Source: Hyalangium minutum (GTDB lineage: Bacteria; Myxococcota; Myxococcia; Myxococcales; Myxococcaceae). Taken from it: 64,000 bases of DNA. The stretch is from positions 930,001 through 994,000 of the forward strand of contig NZ_JMCB01000001.1 in assembly GCF_000737315.1 (NCBI RefSeq), in the 5' to 3' direction. A model generated the notes under the pieces. That model was not told the origin of the DNA. It saw nothing but the letters and a program-made list of their open reading frames with translations, and made no database searches. How positions within the stretch are numbered: position 1 is the stretch's first letter; each line of letters opens with the position of its first letter. The translations under genes and the position numbers were made by a program. Positions 40,954 through 49,477 of the stretch are shown here, piece by piece.

Positions 40954-42861
40954 ATGCGCACTCGACTGCTGGCAGCCTGTCTCACGCTCTCACTCACGGC
41001 TTGCGAAGGAGGGGCACCGGAACCGCGCCAGGAGCCGGAGGTGCAGGACGCGGCGCCCTCCTCCACGCAGGATCTCCAGTCCGCGCTCTCCGCGCTGCCC
41101 GGGACCGAGGTGGCTGGCACTCACGAGGACGGAGTGCCGTTCATGATCCGCGGGCCGCTCGGCACGGTGGAGCGCTCGCTGCGCGCCGCCACGGCCCAGG
41201 AGGCTCACACCCAGGCGAGCGCCGCGCTGGCCAAGGTGGCCCCGGTGTTCCGCCTGCGCGCTTCGGATCTCGTCGCGAAGCGAATCACCCGGGATGAGCA
41301 GGGGCACACGCACCTGCGCTATGCGCAGACGCGCAACGGCCTGCCCGTGGTGGGACAGGAGCTCATCCTCCACATCGACGAGCAGGGGCGCGTCTACGCG
41401 GCCAACGGCTCCGCGCGGGATGGAGAGAGTGTCCCCTCCCCGAGCCAGGCCCGCCTGGCCTCCGAGTCCGCCACCGCCGCCGCCCTGAAGTCGACGCTGG
41501 GCGGTATGTCCACCGAGGGCACGCCGCGCCTCGTCTACGTCCGCGCCGACGCGGACCAACGCCTCACGCTGGCCTTCGAGGTGCTCGTGACGGGCGAGTC
41601 CCCTGAGAAGCCCGTCCGGGACCATGTGTTCATCCACGCGCTCGACGGCTCGGTGGTGGCGCGGTTCTCGGACATCCACGAGGCGCGCAACCGGCTGGTC
41701 TACTCGGCGCGGTACGGAACCACCGTGCCCGGCACCCTCGCGCGCAGCGAGGGAGGCGCGGCGACTGGGGACACCGTGGTGGACACGACCTACGACAACC
41801 TCGGCATCTTCTACGACTGCTTCTACGGGCTGTTCGGCCGGGACTCGTACAACAACGCGGGCGCCCCGCTGAGGGCCGTCGTGCACTACAGCCGGAACTA
41901 CGCCAGCGCCTTCTGGAACGGCAGCTACCTGGTCTGCGGCGATGGGGATGGCACGACGATGGCCTCGCCCTGCGCGGACTCGGACGTCGTCGTCCACGAG
42001 TACACCCACGCCGTCACGGACTACGAGTCGGGCCTGACGTACTCGGGGGAGTCCGGAGGCCTGAGCGAGAGCTACTCCGACATCTTCGCCTCCGTCTGCG
42101 AGAGCCGCACGCGCGGCTTCGTGCTGCCGGATCCGGACGCCTTCAAGATCGCCGAGGACATCTGGACGCCCACCACCCCGGGCGACGCGCTCCGCTACCT
42201 GAATGATCCGAAGCAGGATGGAGTCTCTCTGGACTACTACGCGGACTACACCTCGAGCGTGGACGTGCACTACAGCTCGGGCATCCCCAACCTGGCCTAC
42301 TCGCTGCTGGCACAGGGCGGGACGCACCCGCGGGGCCGCTCCATCATCAGCGTGACGGGGATCGGCGTGGAGAAGGCGGGCCGCGTCTTCTACCGGGCCA
42401 ACACGGACTACATGACGGCGACGACGACGTTCGCGCAGGCCAAGGTGTACACGGAGCAGGTGGCCACGGTGCTGGGCTACCCGGTGGCCTCGGTGACGGC
42501 GGCGTGGCAGGCCGTGGGCGTGGGCGTGACGGCGCCTCCGGTGACGAGCACTCCGCTCCACGTCGGCGTGACGACCACGGGCCTGTCGGGCGCCTCGGGC
42601 TCGCAGGCGTACTTCCACCTGGATGTGCCGACCAACAAGCCGGTCACCTTCACGCTCAGCAGCGGCACGGGTGACGCGGACATGTACGTGAAGTTCGGCT
42701 CGGCGCCGACCACCAGCTCGTACGACTGCCGCCCGTACCTCTCCGGCAACAACGAGACGTGCAGCATCGCCGCGAAGACGACCTCGGGCCGCTACTACGT
42801 GATGCTGCGGGGCTACAGCGCGTACTCGGGTGTCTCGCTGCTGGGCCAGTACACGCCCTGA
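40954..42861 (+). CDS. M4 (thermolysin-like) metallopeptidase with FTP/PepSY propeptide and C-terminal PPC domain
   Basis: LTAC lipobox-like motif, VVVHEYTHAV, GGLSESYSD, VHYSSG; PPC GDADMYVKFGSAPT...YDCRPY. Confidence 0.95.
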   Translation: MRTRLLAACLTLSLTACEGGAPEPRQEPEVQDAAPSSTQDLQSALSALPGTEVAGTHEDGVPFMIRGPLGTVERSLRAATAQEAHTQASAALAKVAPVFRLRASDLVAKRITRDEQGHTHLRYAQTRNGLPVVGQELILHIDEQGRVYAANGSARDGESVPSPSQARLASESATAAALKSTLGGMSTEGTPRLVYVRADADQRLTLAFEVLVTGESPEKPVRDHVFIHALDGSVVARFSDIHEARNRLVYSARYGTTVPGTLARSEGGAATGDTVVDTTYDNLGIFYDCFYGLFGRDSYNNAGAPLRAVVHYSRNYASAFWNGSYLVCGDGDGTTMASPCADSDVVVHEYTHAVTDYESGLTYSGESGGLSESYSDIFASVCESRTRGFVLPDPDAFKIAEDIWTPTTPGDALRYLNDPKQDGVSLDYYADYTSSVDVHYSSGIPNLAYSLLAQGGTHPRGRSIISVTGIGVEKAGRVFYRANTDYMTATTTFAQAKVYTEQVATVLGYPVASVTAAWQAVGVGVTAPPVTSTPLHVGVTTTGLSGASGSQAYFHLDVPTNKPVTFTLSSGTGDADMYVKFGSAPTTSSYDCRPYLSGNNETCSIAAKTTSGRYYVMLRGYSAYSGVSLLGQYTP

Positions 42862-42877
42862 CGCAGTCACGGGCTGA

Positions 42878-42915
42878 GGCGGCTCCGGATCCTGCTGTTG
42901 CGGCCCGGAGCCGCC
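42878..42915. terminator. hairpin after the M4 peptidase gene
   Basis: Perfect 11-bp stem ggcggctccgg / ccggagccgcc. Confidence 0.55.
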
Positions 42916-42934
42916 GGGTACAGTCCGCAGCCGC

Positions 42935-45900
42935 ATGCAGCCCCAGGCCGACGTCATCATCCTCACCGCGCTGAAGGAGGAGTACGACGCCGTCTTGGAG
43001 GTCAGCACTGGCGCCCTCCCTGGGAGCACCTGGGAGACAGAGCTCAGAGATGACGGGCAGACCGTCTCCTTCCGCTCTTTTCAAGGGACTCGCGGTGGGG
43101 AGCTTCGCGTGGCGGTGCTCCAGGCTCCAGCCATGGGAGGCGTGGCGGCCGTGGGCGCCATCGCGCCTCTGGTGGAGCCCTACAAGCCCCGGTGCCTGGC
43201 CATGTGCGGCGTCTGCGCGGGGAATCCCGGTGTGGTGGAGCTCGGGGACGTCATCGTCGCGGATGTGCTCTGGGACTACGATCAGGGGAGGGCCGAGCGC
43301 ACGGTCACGGACTCGGGAGCCACGGTCGAGCGCGTCCAGGGCCGACGCCTCTCCTATCTGCTGAAGGCTCGCTGGAAACGAGCGGCGGTGCCCTTCGTTC
43401 CACCCGGCGCGGACTCCTGGCTGAAGCTGCGGCCCCGCTCCTCCCAGGACTCGGCGGAGAAGCCGTTCCGAGTCCATGTGGGCCCCCTGGCCACGGGCAC
43501 GAAGGTGCAGCGGGGACCGGGGATCTTCGAGCGGCTGATCCAGGAGGATTACAAGGTGCTCGGGCTGGAGATGGAGGCTGCGGCGCTCGCGGCCTTCGCT
43601 CACGAGCACGAGCTCCCCCACCTCGTGATGAAGGGGGTCATGGACTTCGCGGACTCGGCGAAGAATGACCGCTTCAAGGCCTTCGCCGCGCGGGCTTCCG
43701 CCGAGTGCCTCGTGGCATTCTTGCGAGAGAACCTGCCGGCAGGTCCCGCGGACGCAGCCATCTCGGAAGAGGCGCTGGCCGCCTACAAGCGCGCCCTCGT
43801 CGAGCAGTCCTCCGTGCCTCACCTGGAACTCCACGGGCTCGCGAACATCGAGCCTGGCTCGCGGGAGATGAAGCTGGAGCTGCTCAAGTTCGCGGTGGCG
43901 CCCTCGCTGCATGACGGAGCCCATGCGGCCAGCCGCCGAGAGCTGGAGATCCAAGAGCAGCTGGCCCGCGGAGTGGAGGATCCCGTCCAGAGGCACGCAC
44001 TCGCCCAAGAGCGCGAGCAACTCATGGATGCGCGGTGGGACTATTACGCGGTCCGAGGCAAGGAGCACATCAGGCCCCATTCCTTCGCGCAGGTGCTGTC
44101 CCGGCACGAGCGGCTCGTCATCGTCGGAGATCCCGGAGCGGGCAAGAGCATCCTCCTTCGCCTGGCACTGCTGGCTTGCGATGAAGGTCCTCTGGGACAA
44201 GATGCCCGGCAGCTCCTGGGAGAGGAAGATCTCTTCAACGATCAGTCGCTCGGCGCACTCAAGGCGCTGCGCAGACTGCTCCCCGTGCCCATCAAGCTGG
44301 GCAGGCTAGGAGAGGCACTGAAGAAGGAACGTGGCCTGTCGCTGGAGGAGTTCATCCGCCGCCACCTCGGCCAGCATCGCGCGAGCAAGAAACTCCTCGG
44401 CAGCCTCCCGTTTCTGCTCAACACGGGGCGAATCTTCCTGCTGTGCGATGGGCTGGACGAAGTGGCGGAGGAGCTCCGGGAGCGCGTGGTCCAGAGAGTG
44501 ACGGCACTGCTCGAGCAGTATCCAGACGTCCGGCTCCTGCTAACCACCCGTCCCTATGGCTACCGCCCACGAGTTCCCGGCCTGGAGCATGCCCGGCTTG
44601 CCGCACTCAGCTCCTGGCAGCAGCAAAAGCTCGTGTCGCGCCTGCATGTCCTCGTGGAGGGGGGACAGTCTGGCGAAGCGGCGGGAGCGGCACGCGCGCG
44701 CCAGCGAACGAGGGCCTTGCTGCGCTCGGTCCATACGCGGCCCGAGTGGCAGACGCTCAGCAGCAACCCGCTGCTGCTCACCTTGTCCGCGCTGACCCGC
44801 ACCGACCAAGGGGCCCTGCCTCGGCACCGGGTGATCGTCTACAACAACTTCGTCACGACACTCCTGGCGGAGTGGCGCTCCGCGGTCCCCTTGAAGAAGG
44901 CCCAGCAACTGCTGGCGGCCTGGGCCTCCGTCGCCTTCGAGCTGGTGCGCCAGGAGAAGCACCTGGGCATCGCGAAGGCCCACCTGCTGCGGATGCTCGC
45001 GGACACCCAGCACACACCGCCGAAGAGGGCTCAGAGCTTCGCGGAGACCGCGCTCCAGCTCGCGCTCGAGAGGGGGCTCGTGCGCGAGGAGGAAGAGACC
45101 GTCTCATTCTGGCACCGGACCTTTGGCGAATTCCTGGCCGCGTATGCCCTCACGGGCACGGACGAGCAGGGGGCCGCGAGCCGTATCCTCGAAGCAGGCC
45201 CGCTCCCCCTCCCCGTCCTTCAGTTCGCGGCGGCACGGCTCGACCATGTGCTCCACGCCCGCCCGCAAGCCGATGCTCTCGCGCGGGGATTGCTCGCCCA
45301 GGACGAGCGAGCCCCCGGACGGCTGCTGCGGCCGGGGCTGCGCCAAGTCTCTGCCTGTCTCACGGATGGAGTCTCCTTCTCCCAAGAGCTGGTCGAGCGC
45401 GTCTGGACCTCGTGGGCCGAGCTGCTCGCACAGACTGCGCCCTCCCGGGCCTGGAGCCAGTTCAGGCCGCTCACGCAGGCGGCCCTGCCGCGCACGCTGC
45501 CGGCCGCTCTCGTGGAGCGCTTCGCCCGCCTGCCGGATCGAGGTCTGTACGAGATCCATCATGGGACGTCCCTCCTCGTGGCCCGGCTGGCCCGGGAGGC
45601 ACCTGACGCCGCGCGCGAGGTGTGCACGCGGTGGATGAACGCCCAATCCTCCCTGGCAGGAACCCAGAAGTTTCACGGCGCCATCGGCCTTGCTTCTCTC
45701 GGGCAATGGAGTGACGAAGTCATCGCCGCTCTGGGCGAGTTCCGCGAGGTCCTGAAGCTGGGCGTGGAGATCCTCGCGCAGCAAGTTCGCGACGGCGGCC
45801 CGGTGTTGAGGGAGCGGCTCCTGACGCTGGCGCAGGCCCGGATCCCCGGGGACGACCCTTCCATGGGGAAGCCAGCCCCCTCGGATCTGCCCACCGCCCG

Positions 45901-48900
45901 AACCCAAGAGCATGAGCGCGTGGTCGAGCGAAGGCTCTCCGCGGCGGTCCTCCTCGCGATCTCCGGGACGTGGGAGGAAAACGGAGCCTGGGTGCTGCAC
46001 AGGGCGCTCTCAGGAAAGGAGAGCCCGTCCCGGCTGGACGAACTCAAGGGGGTGCTCCTGCACTGCGCCACGGCGGCCCCCGTGCAGGCGAGCCTCCTTG
46101 AATGGATCTGCGACGGCCAGCTCCTGGGCGACAACGCCCGGCAGCTCGTCCGCGAGGTCGCGGCCTTGGTGGAGGACCTGCCCCAGCAGGTGCTGGAGAG
46201 GTTTGCGCAAGCCGAAGGGACGGTGCAGGAGCAGCTGGAGGAATTGCTCGTCCAGGTGGGAACAGAGCGGCGCTCCCTGCTCGACCTCCTGTGGGGTTGG
46301 TTGGAGGATCCTCAGGAGGAACGCCGGGTGCGCGCGGCCCGCCTCCTGCGCAAGCTCGCCCGGCATGAGCCGCGGTACCACGAGGCGCTGCGGCGTGGCA
46401 TGCAGGCTCCCGAGCCGGTATGGCGCGTCCGTTGGGCCTACGCGTCGTTTTCCCTCAACCCGGAACTCTCGAAGCGAGCACTGGCCACACTGCAAGACTG
46501 TGCGCGCTCCCCGGATCCCGCTGTGCTTGAGGCCGTTTACGGGAGAAACAAGGCGCTTGATTGCGTCAGGTGGGAGGGAGTCCCGGCGCTGGAAGGCTGG
46601 CTCGCCTGTGCACTGGACCCCACCGTGCCAGACGCGGCGAGGCTCCGAGCGGCCCAGCTCGTCATGTATGCGAAAGAGAGCTGGGAGCCTGTGAGGGAGA
46701 TCTTTTACGCCCTGCTGGACTCCGAGGATTCGCTGGTGCGGCACAGTGCGGCGATCGAGCTATTCTTGCGAGCGCCCTCGGACATGCGCGTATCTCTGAT
46801 GGCGGCGGAGAGGGCCGCACAGACGGACGGCTGCCGAAGGCTCAAGATGGGCCGTGAAAAACTGGAGGCCTGCGCCCGGGAGGCCGTGCAAGCCATCCTG
46901 AGAGGCCTCCCGCGCCAAGCGGTGTCGAAGCCACCTGATAGGTCCTGGGGAGTTCAATCCGATTGGAGCGCTCTCCTCGCGGAGCTCGTGACGCAGGATC
47001 TGCCGGCCGCGGCCCCTCTGATCCAGAACTTGAACCAACCCGGAGTGGCTGGCGAAGCGGCGGAGGCCGCACTCGAAGAGCTGGCGCGCAAGCACCCCTT
47101 TGTGCGAGCAGCGATCGGCGAGCGCCTGCGTCAGGCCGTGGCCGCCCCCCACCCGCTCGAGCTGCAGCGCCTCGTGAGGCTGGGCCTCCTGCATGGAGAA
47201 CTTCAGCCCTTGGCCATCCCCGCGAGCCGGGGGCTCGATCCCCACACCCTGTCTCCGGGTGAGGCCTCATGGCTGGCCAAGCTCTTGAAGTCGGCGCACG
47301 CGGACGAGGACGCGCTCCGCTTCTGGCGGAGCGCGCTCGAGGGAGCGAGGGCCGTGGACACCCTCGAGGCCGCGGCAGAGCTCGCGGTGTACTTTCCAGG
47401 AGAAGCGGGGCCCTGGATTCAAGGAGCCATCGCGCGGCTGCTCGGCTCGCCCGAGCCCTCTCTCCGCTTGGATGCGGCGCGGCTCGCGCTGCTGTGTGGC
47501 GTGCACGAGGAGGGTGCCGTCCAGGTGCTCATCGGCTGTCTGGAGCTGCGCGAATCCCTTCATCGGGCGCCCGATAAGCGCCTCAACCTTCTGGAACTCC
47601 TCGAAGGCCGCGCGTTCGATCGCCGCGCGGAACACAAGCTGTTGCAGGAGTCCTCCCGGTCGAACATTCGCACCGAGTTCCTGGCGATGCAGACGCTCTA
47701 CCTTCATCGGCCCGCTCGAGGCGCGACGATCCTGGAGCAGTGGCTCGGCGCCGAGTCGATGGAGCACTTCCAGTACGCTGTGGAAGCTCTCACGGCGCGC
47801 GGCCACTCGGGCGAGCGGGTATCCGCGGCGCTGATGGAGCGCCTGCGCTCCGCTCCCAAGGCACAGCTTGTGACGCTGATGCACCTCGCGCACGAGCAGA
47901 AGGCCTCCCCAAAAGAAGTCCTGGAGCGGCTGCTCGCGCGTCATGGTGGCGATCCCGAGGGGGGCTTGGTGGATGTGGCGCTCATCAACTGGCTCTATCG
48001 GCACCCCACTCTCTGGGCCGAGCTGCGGCGGCAGCCTCCGGAGCTGCGCGAGTCCTTCAGGATCCTGCTCTACAACGATCCCTTCGTGACCCGCGACACC
48101 GTCGCCTTCACTGTCGAGCGTGCACTCGCGCAGAACGACATCCTGAACGTCAATGTCTGGGAGAGCGCTGTCAGCATCTGGTGTCGGCATCCCAAGGGAG
48201 AGTCAGAGGAACACCCGCGCCCTTCCCGGCGCATCGAGACGGCAGCCCCTGAGCAGGTACGTGGCTGGCTTCAGGAGCTGCTCCCCCAGGAGCCCCTCCC
48301 CAGCACCCTCGAAGGGCTGTCGTGCTTCGACCGGCTCGCTGAGCTGGCAGAGCTGCCTCTGGACCACCGTCTCCCCGTTTTGAAGCGCGCACTGGAGATC
48401 GACCTCGGCGCACGGGCGCACGAGCCCACCTATCCCTGGCGTCTCGAACTGCAGGCCACCGCCGCGCTCCGGGTGTTGAAGCTCGGAGGCTCCCATGGCC
48501 GACTCCTGCCCATTCTCCAGCGAGCTGTCGATGACCTGCGATCGCCGTGGGGGCCCAATGCCTTTCCGTTCGCGAGCGCACTGCTGACGTACTGGCCGAA
48601 CGACATCACGCGGAGGCAGTTCGTCCTCCGCACGGCCCTCGCTGAAGACAACGGCTTCAGCACCGACCAACTGCTGGTGCTCCTGGAGATGGCCCAGCTC
48701 CCACAAGAGGAGCGCATCTCCCTGCTCTGCCTGTGCCTGGGACTGCAGCCCCGCGCGACGCTGCCCACCTGTGTCCCCTCCGCGAGCGCCGCTTGGAGAG
48801 AGCACGCTCCCAGCCTGTTTGCCGCCCTCGAGAACCTCGGCTGCGACAAAGCGCGCCTTGCGTCCCTCCTCCATGAGTTCGTCTCCACCTATGGAACGAA

Positions 48901-49366
48901 GCTCTCGGCGCAGGCCCAACGGGCGCTGCTCGATCGGCCTGAACTCACCGCAGCGAGTTCCGCGAAGCTGCTGGCAGGAGTGCTCCTGGAGAGGCCCTAC
49001 GACGCAGACCCTCCAGGCCAGCGGTGGCTGGAGCGATTCGCCTCGAAGCGGCCCCAAGGTGAAGAGCGCTCTCTCTTGGAGCGCCACTGGGATTCGGACT
49101 CCCTGTCGACCCACCTGAAATGGCTGGCGGACTTCTCCCAAGCGGATGAGCCGGAGCCGGTGGAGCAAGCGCTCTGCGAGCTCACAGGCGTGGACTCCCC
49201 GCTCTACCGTCAGGCCCGCCAGCGCCACGCCCTCTCCGACGCGCAGTGGAGCCAGTTGCTCGAGCAACTCGCGCTCGCGCCCGAAGAGCCGAAGGCCTCT
49301 CAGTTCGCCAAGGAGTGGCTCCTCATGAGCCTGTGGCGCACATGGGAATCACCGGCAGCCGTGTAG
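42935..49366 (+). CDS. PNP/MTA-SAH nucleosidase-NACHT-HEAT repeat (NLR-like STAND) protein
   Basis: N-terminal ILTALKEEYDAV, MCGVCAG, GDVIVA, LEMEAAA, KGVMDFAD. NACHT: GDPGAGKS, LLCDGLDE, LLTTRP, NPLLL, FWHRTFGEFLAA. Long HEAT-like helical C-terminus. Confidence 0.88.
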   Translation: MQPQADVIILTALKEEYDAVLEVSTGALPGSTWETELRDDGQTVSFRSFQGTRGGELRVAVLQAPAMGGVAAVGAIAPLVEPYKPRCLAMCGVCAGNPGVVELGDVIVADVLWDYDQGRAERTVTDSGATVERVQGRRLSYLLKARWKRAAVPFVPPGADSWLKLRPRSSQDSAEKPFRVHVGPLATGTKVQRGPGIFERLIQEDYKVLGLEMEAAALAAFAHEHELPHLVMKGVMDFADSAKNDRFKAFAARASAECLVAFLRENLPAGPADAAISEEALAAYKRALVEQSSVPHLELHGLANIEPGSREMKLELLKFAVAPSLHDGAHAASRRELEIQEQLARGVEDPVQRHALAQEREQLMDARWDYYAVRGKEHIRPHSFAQVLSRHERLVIVGDPGAGKSILLRLALLACDEGPLGQDARQLLGEEDLFNDQSLGALKALRRLLPVPIKLGRLGEALKKERGLSLEEFIRRHLGQHRASKKLLGSLPFLLNTGRIFLLCDGLDEVAEELRERVVQRVTALLEQYPDVRLLLTTRPYGYRPRVPGLEHARLAALSSWQQQKLVSRLHVLVEGGQSGEAAGAARARQRTRALLRSVHTRPEWQTLSSNPLLLTLSALTRTDQGALPRHRVIVYNNFVTTLLAEWRSAVPLKKAQQLLAAWASVAFELVRQEKHLGIAKAHLLRMLADTQHTPPKRAQSFAETALQLALERGLVREEEETVSFWHRTFGEFLAAYALTGTDEQGAASRILEAGPLPLPVLQFAAARLDHVLHARPQADALARGLLAQDERAPGRLLRPGLRQVSACLTDGVSFSQELVERVWTSWAELLAQTAPSRAWSQFRPLTQAALPRTLPAALVERFARLPDRGLYEIHHGTSLLVARLAREAPDAAREVCTRWMNAQSSLAGTQKFHGAIGLASLGQWSDEVIAALGEFREVLKLGVEILAQQVRDGGPVLRERLLTLAQARIPGDDPSMGKPAPSDLPTARTQEHERVVERRLSAAVLLAISGTWEENGAWVLHRALSGKESPSRLDELKGVLLHCATAAPVQASLLEWICDGQLLGDNARQLVREVAALVEDLPQQVLERFAQAEGTVQEQLEELLVQVGTERRSLLDLLWGWLEDPQEERRVRAARLLRKLARHEPRYHEALRRGMQAPEPVWRVRWAYASFSLNPELSKRALATLQDCARSPDPAVLEAVYGRNKALDCVRWEGVPALEGWLACALDPTVPDAARLRAAQLVMYAKESWEPVREIFYALLDSEDSLVRHSAAIELFLRAPSDMRVSLMAAERAAQTDGCRRLKMGREKLEACAREAVQAILRGLPRQAVSKPPDRSWGVQSDWSALLAELVTQDLPAAAPLIQNLNQPGVAGEAAEAALEELARKHPFVRAAIGERLRQAVAAPHPLELQRLVRLGLLHGELQPLAIPASRGLDPHTLSPGEASWLAKLLKSAHADEDALRFWRSALEGARAVDTLEAAAELAVYFPGEAGPWIQGAIARLLGSPEPSLRLDAARLALLCGVHEEGAVQVLIGCLELRESLHRAPDKRLNLLELLEGRAFDRRAEHKLLQESSRSNIRTEFLAMQTLYLHRPARGATILEQWLGAESMEHFQYAVEALTARGHSGERVSAALMERLRSAPKAQLVTLMHLAHEQKASPKEVLERLLARHGGDPEGGLVDVALINWLYRHPTLWAELRRQPPELRESFRILLYNDPFVTRDTVAFTVERALAQNDILNVNVWESAVSIWCRHPKGESEEHPRPSRRIETAAPEQVRGWLQELLPQEPLPSTLEGLSCFDRLAELAELPLDHRLPVLKRALEIDLGARAHEPTYPWRLELQATAALRVLKLGGSHGRLLPILQRAVDDLRSPWGPNAFPFASALLTYWPNDITRRQFVLRTALAEDNGFSTDQLLVLLEMAQLPQEERISLLCLCLGLQPRATLPTCVPSASAAWREHAPSLFAALENLGCDKARLASLLHEFVSTYGTKLSAQAQRALLDRPELTAASSAKLLAGVLLERPYDADPPGQRWLERFASKRPQGEERSLLERHWDSDSLSTHLKWLADFSQADEPEPVEQALCELTGVDSPLYRQARQRHALSDAQWSQLLEQLALAPEEPKASQFAKEWLLMSLWRTWESPAAV

Positions 49367-49477
49367 GTGCGACCTTTCCCGCTACACCCCAGATCCATGA
49401 ATTGCGTAAATGCGCTGGGCCGAAAGGCCGCCGTCCTCAATCCCTGAGGGCGGCTCGAGAAGGCAGGAAAGGACCCC

